Shown: piece by piece, positions 49,862 through 63,089 of the stretch | Layout: each line of letters begins with the position of its first letter | Numbering within the stretch: the first letter of the stretch is position 1 | Assembly: GCA_051362555.1 (NCBI GenBank) | Contig: CM120646.1 | Coordinates: forward strand, 10,168,001-10,232,000 | Source of the DNA: Lingula anatina | Lineage: Eukaryota; Animalia; Brachiopoda | Reading direction: 5' to 3' | DNA length: 64,000 nt | Translations under genes and position numbers: made by a program | Notes under the pieces: model-generated | What the model saw: the letters and a program-made list of their open reading frames with translations, nothing else | Told to the model about the DNA's origin: nothing | Databases searched by the model: none

Positions 49862-51701
49862 ATGCCGACGATGTGTGCCGTATATGGCTGTTCAAACAAA
49901 CATGGTGCTAACAAGGAAAACAACAGGTCATACTATAGGCTGCCAAAAGTCATTGCCAATCAAGGGGACAGGACAAAAGAACTCTCACTTGCGAGACGTG
50001 TAAAATGGCTTGCGAATATTGGGAGAGCAGATATCAAGGAATCAAGCTACAAACACATTCGTGTTTGTTCGGATCACTTTATGGGTAAGTTATATGTGAA
50101 GCAATGTAGTTATGTTTATATTTGATCGTTTCTTTTAAGTATTTTGTGTGATATGTACTTGCTGTTTCAAGTATAATTGACAAGTGCATAGTACGCCATT
50201 TTTGCTTTTTATTTCCGCATGCAGATCAATTTTGCATTGATTAATAGCCTTAATTGGAAATAATCATGGTGAAAATTGATTATTGCTTGTAATTACCAGT
50301 AAAAAAATCAGAAAACAAAAATCATTTCACGTTTTCAGTACACAAATATTCTTTCATGGGTTCAGTATATGACATGTGTATTATCTTTTTTCCCATAGAT
50401 ATTTTTGTCTTCTAGATAAACCAGCTGCATTGTATGACCATCTGAATCCTGACTGGGCTCCAACCGTTAACATGGGTAGAACTTCTGCAAGTGACAGCAT
50501 GCTATCTGGGTCTGCCTCTGACAGATACACTCGGTCAGTCCAGAGATCTGTGAAGCGGAAGAGGCAAGATGCAGCCGAAACATTACTGTCATTGCAAAGT
50601 GCCCCTGAACTTGACACACCAGAAGACCCACAAGAAGACCCGCAAGAAGACCTTCATGAAGACCCCTTGCCAGCTGAGACGGGAACAGCTTGTCAAACAG
50701 ATGATGACATGAAGTTATATGATGCCAAAGATGCTGAAATATATAGACTACGAAAAGAAAACGAAGAACTGAAACAAATTAATGAGAAACGTACATTCGA
50801 CATGGCTTTTTTTGAAAATGATGATGTGTTGGTTAGATATTACACTGGGCTGCAAAATTACCATATTCTCAAGTGTTTATTTGATTACGTTGAACCAGAT
50901 ATTATTATTCAACGCAAAAGTATACTAAACAAATTTCAGCAGTTGATCTTGGTGCTCATGAAGTTGAGATTAAATCTGGGCAACAAAGACTTGGCTGTAA
51001 GATTTGGCATATCTGATTCAACAGGTTCTAGAATATTTCAGAATGTCTTGAGTGTTTTGTATGCTTGTTCACTGCCTCTCATTTATTGGCCAGAAAGAGA
51101 GCAACTTCAAAAAACAATGCCCATGAGTTTTCATGAACATTTTGACACTAAAGTTGCTGTTATTGTAGATTGCTTTGAAATTCCAATGGAATGTCCATCC
51201 AATCTTAAAGCCAGAAATGAGACCTGGTCTGCTTATAAACACAGCAATACAGCAAAGTTTTTGATAGGTATCACTCCGCAGGGTGTTGTCAGCTTTATAT
51301 CAGATGGCTATGGAGGCAGGGCTAGTGATAAGCACATAACAGAAACTTGTGGTTTACTCAATAAACTTTTGCCTGGTGATGTAGTCTTAGCAGATCGGGG
51401 GTTTGATATACAGGATAGTGTGGGTAGCATGTGTGCAAAATTGTACATTCCCGCCTTTACCAAGGGCAAACCACAGTTAGGAGCACACGATGTTGAGCAA
51501 ACAAGGAGAATAGCAAATAGTAGAATTCATGTTGAACGTGTCATAGGAGTTGTTCGTCAGAAGTATACTATATTACAATCAAGGTTACCTATTGATTATT
51601 TTTCAGCAACAAAGAATGATGCTGTTCTTACAATTGACAAAATAGTTGTAGTCTGCTGTGCACTAACAAATCTATGTGATTCTGTTGTACCATTTGATTA
51701 A
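49862..51701 (+). CDS. THAP-domain DDE_Tnp_4 (Harbinger/ISL2EU-type) transposase, join(49862..50084,50416..51701), 502 aa
   Basis: THAP C2CH motif (CAVYGC...W...VCSDHF). A phase-1 intron gtaagt...ttctag splices in frame to give [23 protein letters not shown] region LMKLRLNL...LAVRFGIS; catalytic VDCFE, ADRGF, HVERVIG. Confidence 0.92.
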
Positions 51702-52789
51702 AAGAAATTGTAAGGAACTTAAAATATTGTTAATTTTAAGAAAGCATATATAGTGTTATTCATTTTTGTAATCTCAAATTGATATACAATCGAAAGTCAT
51801 TTTGCAGCACTTTAGAATTATGTGAAAATCATTGGATGTATTTGCATCCGCTACTCAAATGTTTAAACTTGGGTATGTGTCATGAGATCAAATAAAATTT
51901 GTGAACAACATATTTCTATTCATTCATTCATTTATTACCATCATCATTTTAATATTTCTTTTTGCAGACACCTGGGTATTGCAGAACATAAATACATAAT
52001 GGGATTGTACATACTGCACTTATTACAGAAATGGCAAATTAAATTTTATTATTCCCTTGAGCATCAGTGGAGATGTTGGTATATACCCATTTCTCATTAA
52101 ATTTTACATATAACTTCATAAAACTTAAAATTAAACAGTTCAGCTGTATATAAGACAAGTAACATGGCAAATCAATCATAAAATCTACAGGAAGGGCTCG
52201 AGTCTGACACTATGGCAAGCAGTAATAAAAAAAATGTAGCAGTCCCAGCACCAAAATTACAACTTAACGGACTAAAGCAAATACCTTTCTTACAAATGTA
52301 AAAGGACAGGAAAATGCAAAATTCCGATATAAAGTTTGTACAAAATCACAACATCATTCTAGGTACTACTATATGACTAATTAAAAATATACACATATAA
52401 AAATTCAGTTTAAATTCCTGAGCATTAACACATTTATGCACAATATCACATCCATGAACTGGAAATACAAAAAAAAAAAAAAAAAAAAAAAGTGTAAGTA
52501 CTAAATGCAATTGCACATACAAGTTCACATTTTGACCAATTCCTCACATTTAAGCAAAATGACACTAAGCACAGAAAAAAAAATCACACTGGTAAGTATA
52601 ATCACATTTCCATGGTACAGAATATGATTTCACATATAATGAAAGTTCCCATTCTTGAGTCAAGACACGTCTATGCATAAGTACCACCAAGTATAAAGCT
52701 ATCTAATCTGTGCAAAACCACAATTATACAATCTGAGTAATACTTGGACTAGTAAAAAAAAGCAAACAAAATTCAGTTCAAATTCTTGA

Positions 52790-52983
52790 GCGTCTGTTGA
52801 CCATGTGGTAGTTTCATATGGGTCTTTACCGTCTATAAGGCCCAACTTGTCCTCATACCTCTTCCTTTCTGGTGCAGGTAGACTTAACTTATAACTGTGA
52901 AAGTTGTTTTCCTGATTTGAAACGGCGTTTGTCTTCGTATCTTTCACCCTTACTCTCCTCATGTTAATCGTGCTCGACGCCAT
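52790..52983 (-). pseudogene. 5' remnant of the ISL2EU accessory (SWIM/YqaJ exonuclease-type) gene
   Basis: MASST...YKLSLPAPERKRYEDKLGLIDGKDPY resembles the N-terminus of ISL2EU second proteins. Coding character stops after ~64 codons and no YqaJ motifs are seen in 51700-52790. Confidence 0.6.
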
Positions 52984-53220
52984 TTTCCGGTCTACCAATA
53001 TGGCGCGAGCCCAAAACGAGGCCGCCTAGAGAGATCGCTCTATATGATCCTTAGCTAGATAATTAAATTGTTCTTTTTGTTCTTTTCAAAAGAGACTCTA
53101 TACTCTTTAAATTAAAATTTATTGCGAAATTATAAAATCATCAACCAGATAAAGAAGCAAACGTACGGCTAGCAACAAGTGATCTGCAATCAATAGTGAA
53201 CAGCAAAGTTTCATAAATAA

Positions 53221-53485
53221 ACCACTAGGTGTCACTACACGTAAATCCTAGCCAATCAACAAGAGCGTGGTTTTATTTCGCGCCAAGGACGATTGTTTAC
53301 AACCTAAAAATTACTTGGATCGGCCGATATGAAGAGTTTTTAGTGGACTTGAAGTAAGTTTTTATTTAACCAAAGTCTACCGAAAGAGTACTTTTTGGTT
53401 TTGGTGCTCACGTTGGAAAACTGAAGCAAGATCCATCCAAAGTTTTGCAGACACTTTTCCCGGCAAATTTCTAGGGACTTTAAAG
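53221..53485 (+). promoter_or_regulatory. Probable Cut8 promoter / 5' UTR region
   Basis: CTCF-like CCACTAGGTGTCACTA (53222), CCAAT box (~53252), CpG enrichment, and YY1-like AAGATGGCC overlapping the ATG. Confidence 0.4.
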
Positions 53486-53890
53486 ATGGCCACAGCAAGT
53501 TCGAGACGACGATCCAGTCCACTTATATCCCAAGGTTAGTTGGTTAACTGAACTTTTTTTTGTTAAAAGTAACAAGTAAAGATTTTATGTAGCTCAAGTA
53601 ACCCCAGCGTCGTATAAACCTAATGCAAACCTTCATGTTTAGAAACTTTTTGTAGTAGGGACCCGATAACTGCTAACATAAGTACATGTTGGGTTTGATA
53701 ATGATAGGTTGTTGTCGTTGATGCAACTTTTATCGATGTTATGCGCAAACTTTCTAATGCATTCAAAGTTTACTGCCTCGCAATCTGTGTATCATACATA
53801 TAGTTCGACATTAAGGTAGCAGCTGTTTGAAACCAAGAGGAAAGGTAGGATCTGCTTCAACATCTTAGGCAGGTGCGGGTGTGTGTGTGT

Positions 53891-53921
<31 letters not shown>

Positions 53922-56900
53922 GGGGAGGGGGGGGGGGGCAACAACCTGAACAAAGGCTACCAAGATTATGGAGCCAAATGATGGAAATTGTGTGTGTGTG
54001 TGGTTGGTATGTGCGCATGTGAATGCACATGAGATATAAAAAAAGACAATTTTCAGTTCTCATTTAATTGGGAACGGAACCTATTCAGTACCAGAATAAT
54101 AAGGGCTATTAACGTATTAAAGAGACTGATGTTTATATTCATCCTGAATGGTTTCTAGAAGTTTAACCAAGTTTTTTTTATAATTTCATCAAGTAGAATA
54201 TTAGATAACATAACTGAAGGGTTGTGTACTGTCAATATATTCTGTATAAAAACATGTAGTGTGGAAAACTGGCTGATGTGACAATGCACCATTTAAACAG
54301 TCTGTCACAAAAAACTTTCAAGATTTATTGTACAAGCCCTTTTGGCAGTAAGGGTCTAACATTTTAACTAGTGCCTATTTATGTGGGCAATTTTCATGGG
54401 CAGACTGCATGTAAGACAATTAAAGCTCATTGAAAAAGTTTATCATTATTATTATTATTGTAATATGAGTTAACATACATCCTGCTTCCAAAGTAGACAT
54501 GTTTTAGTGTCAGCAATAGGGCTTGTTTACTGTATCAACACTGATGTTAAGACTCACACCTCTGTCAGCTAGGTTTAACAGCTTGGCACCTTGGGAAGAA
54601 AAGATCTTAAAATATACTTAAACTGGGATCACATCATAGCACTTAAGAAGATGAAGATTAGATTGGACTATGTTGTTGCACTAATAAATGTGTAAAATTA
54701 CAAAACCCTTCTTCAGACTGCTTGGGTGCTACCCTCTACCAGGGCAACAGATTGATAATTTATCATAAGATATTGACAGATATGTCTTTTGATAAATAGA
54801 CGGTCATTTGATTCTCGGCATTTGGAAAATTTCCCTATAATATCTGCCACCCTGGTAGAGGGTACTTGGCTGCCAGGTTTTCTACATTTTGATTTTACTA
54901 GTAGGTGACTTACAAGAACAGTACCAGGGAAGCAATCTGCTTTAATTTAAAAATTAAATATTTGACTTTAGAAAGGTTTGGCAAAACTATAGGAAAGGCA
55001 GTTATGGGCCTGCAGTCATATTTAACCCCCCCCCCCCCCCCCATATCACTAAGTTTAAGTCTGAGTAATCACTACCAAAAATACCTACATTACCCTCCCC
55101 TCCACCCTCAGGTGATAATTAACACTGCCAGTAATCACTTACCTCAGCATTGTCTGACCATGTGGGAAGTAGCACTGTGAATACTTCATCCAACATTATA
55201 TTGTGTGCCCATTATAAGGGATTTCACAAACCTGTCAGTTCAGGGCAAGCCCTTATAAAGACACCTAATTCTATGGTCCAGTAGGTAATTTTGTGGGATG
55301 TTTAATTAATTTTTATGCCCCAGGCTACTGAGAAAACCCCTGGCATATTCAGATGTCCTGCATTAGAGCATGGGGTGCCAAAAGCAAGTGGTTTCTGGGG
55401 TTGTTTAATTAGAAGTCATACTTGCCATCAAAGAAAAGTGACTTGTTAGTAGATCACTTGCCCAAATGTAAGATGGGTTTTTAAAAAGATTTATACTTTC
55501 TGTCCCTGTTGCATTTCAGTGTCAGTCAAGCTGCCAATATATATGTCCATTGACAACTTTGCTGCGTTGTTTTTCTTTCATAGCTCTTGGAGATGCCAGT
55601 CGTCGTAACAGGAGCAGAATGAATCTAAACCGTCTCCTGGGAGAAGATCCGTTTCTCACCCCACCACCCGATCCCAATGAAGAGATCATCAAGATGAGGA
55701 GCGTCAGAGCTGCAGCACAAGTAGCAAGAGAGAAGACACACTCTTTATCTGTGAAGGGTATGTGGAATTGTGAACTCCTGGTGGTCAACTTGAAGTCATT
55801 CTGTCTCATATTAACATATCTGACTGGGATGTTGGACTGCCATGAATCAATTAAGGTGCACTGTCAGGACTGGACAAACTCGCCCAATGCAAATGATTTT
55901 TGTCTGATGTCTAGAATGGAGTCATACTTTTTTGCAAATGCAAGTGACTTGCTAAAACATCACTTGCCCAACATTAATTAGCAGGTTTCTAAATCTTATT
56001 TTAAATAAACATGATCAGAAGATTCCATGAATTACACATATATTAAAAAAGCATACAGAAAAGTGCATGCCAATTAAGCAAGTGATTTATACAAGGCGCT
56101 CACTCTTCTGTAAGTTTTTATTTGCTATTGCGAATGAGTGGAGGTGTCATTCCCTGGCCTATACTTACTAGTAAAGTCAGGGCAATTCATTTCATAGAAC
56201 CACTCGACTCCACAAAATTTACATTAAAAAAGTCTACAGAAAGTCCACAAATTCTAACAGAGAAAAAATTTCCTGGATTTTTTATTTGATGTTATTTCTT
56301 AATCTCTCAGAGAGGACTCCAGATGTGATGCTTCTAGACACTCCCCCGAAGACACCAAGAGATGCTGCACAAGTGACACGAAAGAGGCTTGTGTTGTCAC
56401 CAAAGAAACAGGATAAGGTAAGATTGAGAGGAATGTTTTATACCTCCTGAAGTTTTTTTTTTATGCTTACACTTACAGTATTGATTAAACTTCAGCAAAA
56501 TGAGGCAATTTCCCAAATTGACAGGACTTTTCCTACCTAAACCAGGGCCAGTGAGATTTTTTTTCACAAGATTTTCAAAGATATTTTTCTAGATAATGAT
56601 CATTTCTGTACTGTACTCTGTTCTGTACTGTGACCCTGGAATGAAATGTAAATTCTAGTTTCAAGATCAGTTGCCCACTGTGTCTGATTTACAAAAATGT
56701 AATTATAGGAGTGCAGCTGAGGTGCATCAGATGATTAGAATACATCAAAATTCCTGGAATTCTTTAAGTCCCGAAAAATCATAATATGTATCTATTATAT
56801 AAATTCATACTTTTCTTTGCTAGGACCCGTCTTCTCCAAAGAAACAGCGTGTCCAGAGAAGGAAGAAACAGACCCCCTTGACCACAGAGTTACAAGCTTT

Positions 56901-58425
56901 GACCAGTGAGCAGTTGGTCAGTGTAGTGGAGAACATTGTCCAGATGCACCCTGAGCTAGAACAGGTATGACGAGGAAAATGTGGCTTTTTACACTAGAGG
57001 TTTAAAAATTGTTTAAAAATGTTGATACCTGAAGAATTTAAGTTCTGAAATCAGTTAATGTCAAAAAGTAGGTTTCTTTGAGTAGCTAAAATTATAATTC
57101 TGAGAAAAACGTGAAAAGTTGGTTCAATTATGGCAGTGTTTAGTGATTACCACATGTTAGTTATTGTTGCAATCTGCTTGTTGTAACTATGAAATACACA
57201 CGTAATGTTTTATTTCTATACGGTCTCGTGATGAACTGACAAATAGGTTAAATATAACTGAAAAAATTCACGTTTTTCACCATTCAATTTTGACCACTTG
57301 TAAAGAATTGAAAAAAATAAAATTATTGCTAAATTGCACAAAGTCTGGTCAGATATATTGTTGGCGTATGTTCTAACCATGACATTACATTGCAGGAAAT
57401 CAAGGGCATCATCCCGTCACCAGACCTGACACGGATGGAGGACAAGCTTCACCAGGCGGAAAGGAACATCTATAAATCTTTTCCGAACACCAGATGGGGG
57501 TCCAGTAGGGATGCCTTCTGTTTCAGGAGGGTGAAGACACACCTCGAGGCATTCAAGGTGCATTATGTTTCTGACTATATGTAAAGGCCAGAACATTGTC
57601 GCTTATCAGTAAATTTGCCAGTGTTTATCAGTATAATTTTTGGCCTTATTTACGCTACAATTTATGATTTGTAAGGTCAGTTTTACTTTAGGTTAGTGCC
57701 ATTAGCTGACATTAGTAGTGAAGTGTTTTTCAGTTTAACTACAAGTGTGCCTTTGCAATGGAGATTTAGCGAACAAAAACCCCAGAATGAGGTCTGGTTA
57801 GTTTTAAAAAGTTTGGTGAAGTATGCTTCAGAATAATCATGTTTCCTTATGATTGGATTAAATATGTGAATGTCAACTTATACTTCTTAGTTATTTTAAT
57901 GAAGATGCTTTATCAATTCAAAAAGATTATAATTTCAGAAAGTTTGTCTTGATCAGGGCCGTGTCCTTTTGGCTGCCCAAGCCTATGAGGCAGTAATAAA
58001 CTACTGTTTGATAGCCTGGGAGTATGTGGAAAGACTTCCCAACTGGGACGACTACGCCCATAATAAGAGCAAGGAGCAGTGTTTTCGGACATTGTCGTCA
58101 CAGTGCATGCAGGCAATCAAGAAAGCCACCCTGGAGAAGGAAAAATATAGGGAATATAAAACAAGGTCAGTTTTAAAATTTGTGGGTCACATAGAAGTTC
58201 TTGTTTGACAATAAATTTGCATCAGGGGCAGACAAAGACTGGAATGTTAAAAGGGAAATTAGCCCGTTTTCCATTTCTTGTTAAGTGATGAAAATTTTTT
58301 CCTAAATATACACATATTGTATAGTTTTTTCTTAAATTTTCAGATTACAAGATGCTACAGAGGCAAGTGAAGAGATTCATCCAGTGGTACTTCATCTAGA
58401 CAAAATTTTAGACAAGTTACCCTGA
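53486..58425 (+). CDS. cut8: Cut8/Sts1-family nuclear proteasome tether, 313 aa: join(53486..53534,55584..55757,56311..56417,56824..56964,57396..57557,57939..58165,58344..58425)
   Basis: All six introns are GT-AG and phase-compatible (942 nt total). Family signature PLTTELQALTSEQLVSVV...HPELEQEI...PSPDL...IYKSFPNTRWGSSRDAFCFRRVKTHLEAFK. AATAAA at ~58909 and ~59365. Confidence 0.88.
53878..53938. repeat. (GT)n + poly-G microsatellite in Cut8 intron 1
   Basis: Direct observation. Confidence 0.95.
54730..54864. mobile_element. 135-bp MITE with TACCCTCTACCAGGG TIR and a ~9-bp TSD, in Cut8 intron 1
   Basis: Perfect 15-bp TIR; flanks CTTGGGTGC / CTTGGCTGC (1 mismatch). Confidence 0.75.
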
Positions 58426-61400
58426 AGATGTTCAGCTAATTTCAAGGCAGCCATTTTGAGATAAGTTCAGTGCTTTTAAGGAATTGAGGCAGCAGTTTGC
58501 AAAAGAAAGAATATCTTTGAAAAATTTGTGATGATGATTATTTTTATTATAAAACAATGGTGCCATTTGCACTAGTAAGTAAACTGTGGTCCAGTAAACC
58601 TGGACAGAACTGTGGTTGAACAAACCCTCTTCTTTGCATTTACATCAGTTAGGACGATTGCCTTTGTCAGATGTACTTCTGTTAAGCATATGCACTTTTG
58701 TTATCATTAAAAAGTTGTGGGAGTAGGGAAGATATTTCTACCTCAACTTGCCCCAATTTCCCTTAACACCATTTCATCCTTACAGCTTCCCTCAAACTTT
58801 TTTGTGTATTTTTTCCTCTGGCTGATATTGTGGAGTTTATGTATTTATGATATATGAGACAAAAACTTGATTGTTATCACAGAGATGCATTTCCTATTTC
58901 TGTTATGAAATAAAATGTGTGGTTGTGGGTTCAGGTTGCGAAGGATACTCCCAAAAATGTGTCATTTTTGAGTGTTGTTACAGTTAGTAGTTCAATTTTT
59001 ATTCAAAGCATTCAATTATATTTCATTTTACAAATATGTTAAAGAATATATGAAAGAACAAGAAATGTAAAAATTATATTGAATTGCCTTAAAATCCAGA
59101 TGTAGATTTGTATTGAGCTGGGGCTATTCCTTCATGCTCAGAATTTATCAATATAAGTGAAAGGGATATATAAATGGATTTTCTTGATGATATTTGCTAA
59201 AAGGGAATTAATGTTATTTCAAGTTTACAGAGAGGTAGAGGATGTAATTCTTAATTTTTGATTGAATATTCATTTTGCACAATATGTGCAGTGGGCTTGT
59301 AAATATATTAACATAGATTCTACATGGATATTTTTGTAGATGGTTATAAAATGTCCCCCAATCAAATAAAGAAATGAATAATTATTGGCTGTCTTTTTTT
59401 ATTTGAAAAATGTCTATTGTCAAGCAGTGTTTAAAACTTGCAATAAACATAAGAACTGTAATTACTTGAGCATAACATTTATTAACACTGTAACAACATT
59501 GCAGCAGTACTATGCAACAACATAAATGTGCAGGTTTTTACAGAAGATAATACCTGTGCTGTGTCTTTAAATGATAATAAAATTGATTCACTTGGCTCCT
59601 TTGAGAAATATAGTTTTAATATTTGATTAATACTTGTGATAAAATTCATTTTTTGATTCAACTTAAAACTATACAAGTACACAGCAGATAAAAAAATGGA
59701 AAAGGTGAGGGCTGACTGAATTTAACCTTTGGCATAGACGTGAAGGTTTAGCCAATACCAATAGTGCTGTAGGCAAGTAATGCACTGTGCTGTTTGCATG
59801 GTTTAATTTGTCTAATATAGTATGTAACTAAGTCATGAATTTTGAGAAAAAAATTGAGATCTGAAATGAAAGCATGCTAACTGTATGGAGAATAAAATAA
59901 CAATTCACTGCATTTTAGCAACATTGTAAAGGAGAAATCTGAACTTGAAGCACCATTCACAGTTTCATCCAATAAACATTCTTTAATTCTTTAACATCAT
60001 TTGATTAAGTTTTATGACATACATACTCAGAGATACCACAAATAGAATAAGGGCTTTGTGTGGTATCACAGAATAAGAAAAAATAAAACATTGCACATGC
60101 CCATATTAATCTAACAAGCCAAATGCAAGAAATTACTAAAGCAAAGATCCATATATGCTTAGCCTCAACTAAATTCAAACAAATGTGCGAATCCTTACCT
60201 TCGAATTCTAAACCCTCATTGTCTCTCCTGCACTGCTGAATTTTGAGGTAACTTCCAAACTCTTAAATTTACTGAGTGACTTTGTTTGACATACATGCAG
60301 GTTCAGTTAAAAATCAGCAAGATCATCTTTACGTGATGTAACTGATTTTCTTCTTTTTATTTATTTATTGTAACTTGGCAATATTTCCCCCCTTCTATAC
60401 CAAACCGTGTATTGTCCAAACTTACTTACTGGGGAGCTTTATTTAGAATTTCTTTGTTTAAAGGTACATACGAACCGAGCATCAGTGGAGCGTGGATTCC
60501 CAGTAACACATGTAAACCACTTCTACTAGATTCTTATATGACTCAAATAAATTCGACATGCCAAGGGATGAACTGAATAGATCACTCGATCAGCCGTAAA
60601 AGACCTTTAGACTGCTCCTTTCTTTAAATTTTTGGTTGTAAATTTAACCTACTTTCGTGACCTACTTTCCTGCCCCATTGACATACAGCTTAGAATGCCA
60701 GCAGAAAAATCCGTTCAAACATCATTTTCGGGTAAAATTAAACAATGTCTTTTGGTAATTCTCTTAATTATACTACTTGAAACTATATGCTGGCATTTGG
60801 TTGGTTTTTGTGACAAAAAATTGACTTTGTATGCATCTTTAATGTCGGGATAATTACCATCCTTGACGTCTAGTTCTGTTAAAGAAAAATGCTTTACCCT
60901 TTAAACCAGCACAGAGCTGGCTATTTTACTCTTTGAGAGCTAAGCATACATGGATCACAGCTGTGTAATAAGAATAATAGTAATAGTAATTTTAATCTGT
61001 CTAGTGCACAAATGTAATACCTCACACTGTCTTAATGCTATATAAATTCATATAATATATCTCAACATCACATTTAACTAACATTCAACTAAGAAAAAAA
61101 AAAACTGGCACCACTAAAGGAGCTTACAGCCTCAGGAGGCAAAAATATCACCAAGTGTTTGCCAAGGTCAAACTATCATTCTAGAAGGAATGTATTATAA
61201 ATCACAACACATACTTATTACCTAGCCAAAGTAACTGCACAATTATGGTAATGGACAAAACATTTCAGGTGATTATAATTTAATCATCACAAACTAAGAT
61301 AGTACTGAGTACTATCATCTTAAATTCAGTGGTATAAACTTTGCACCAAAAACAATATTATGGTCAATAAATTTATGTATACAAATTTCAGAATTCATAA

Positions 61401-63089
61401 AAACATTTCTCAAATGTATCAAACTTATATATCCAACTTGACTTTGCAGGTTTTAATACAGCTCAATTAGAATAGTGTTGTTTCAATACAGACATTCCAC
61501 AATGTAATAAGCAAAAATTTACAGAAACGTATAAAAGCAGATGCACTGTTCCTAAATGAATGCAAATCATTCTATAAACTGAAGATTGTAAGTTACTTTG
61601 ACTAGTATATAAATTACAAGTCATAAGTCATCAGCTTGCAGAAAAAATTGTGACCAAGACACTTCAAAATACATTAAATAATAGTAAATAATTTCAAAAA
61701 CATCCATTCTTTCACTTTTCAACTTGCATGCCATCTGGGCCTGAGAACCTTCTGGCCCAAGTCCAATTTTCAAAAAATATTAATTAAATTAACAGATTGA
61801 AATTAAACAGGCTTGCTATAACAGATAAGGACTAAAGAAAGGAATTTTCAAAGGGTTGTTTAAAAAAAGGCTTCTGCATTTAGTTTGAGAATTAATAAAA
61901 CCAGTTGGAGAAAATGTTACAGCTGAAAAAAATCCACTGCCCCAGTCAGGCCAGTAACTGACAGTGTTTCAGAACTTTCACCATCCAGCTCCAATTTTTT
62001 CTGGCATTAACAGTCGGGTCAGTTGTTAATGATGCAGACGGATAACGTATGCTAACAGATTGTCTTCTTAAATATGTTTAATAATTATAGACATTTTTGG
62101 AAGAAAGTAGTGGCAAATGTGTGCACCTTAAAATCTACTGTATCTCTTAGACAAGGACATGAAGAATGTGAATCAATTATCTCAATAAAATATCATATCA
62201 ATGCACATACCAAATCTTTGACACATGCACTGGCTGATTGCAATCCACTTCTACATGCTGTGAACCCCTATCCTACTCTAAATCAACACCGTGTAATATT
62301 GGCATAACTCACCAATTATGGTCAGATGCTTCTAAACTGGACCCCATTTCACAAAGTATCCTTATCTAAACTAATTGAAAGATTCACTTTAAAATTTTCT
62401 CTATGTCAACAAGGGCAATACCAATTTATCTCCACTGCAGAATTTTCTAAAATATGTTCTTGACTAAATGTCTAAAAAGCACCACAATTTTAAAAGCTGC
62501 CCTTCTTGTTTAAATTAAGTGTTTCTAGCACTAAACTTCTTAAATGACTACAAGGCAAGTTGCACAACATAAAAGAGTAAAACTTTGTATACAATTAGTA
62601 CAAATATTTTTCTTCCATTTCTTTAATTTGTCATATTTGACATCTTTTTTTCCACAAAATACCAAATGTAAACTATTTATTACCTTTTTCAAGTAGGCTG
62701 TCCACGGGGGTAAGAAGACTTATGTGAAAATGTCTAAGTATGATGTAAGGAGTGATGACATCAATTTTTGGCAATGGCCTGTTGAATATCCTCTACATTC
62801 AAATTTAAAAAGTATCAAAATGACTTACTGGAAAACAAAATGACTAACAGTAACTATATCCTATATCAGTAAAGATTCAGTCCATCAAAGGACATAACAT
62901 GCACCTATATGGAGGACTTAAAATAGTGGGGGTCAATGAGGTCACCAGAGGTCAATCTGAAGGTCATGTCATGTTGAGCAGCAGCCAGATATGTATGTTA
63001 TATCTTTGTCTTTAAATAACTGGGAACTTGTCTCCTGGGGGTCTTTACTCCAAAGATATTTACAATATGGTCTCTTTGTAACTTTATTT

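Larger units (their letters stand above)
49749..53041 (+). mobile_element. ISL2EU (PIF/Harbinger-related) DNA transposon, 3,293 bp
   Basis: TIR AGAGCGAACT / AGATCGCTCT with AT TSD (49747-48, 53042-43). THAP-DDE transposase on + and a second, convergent gene starting at the right end. Subterminal CGCCATATTGGTAG at both ends. Confidence 0.88.

Noticed and set aside
50376-50415. ORF-track start of the 441-aa transposase ORF
   Set aside because: This stretch is intronic; the real N-terminus is the THAP exon spliced in at 50416.
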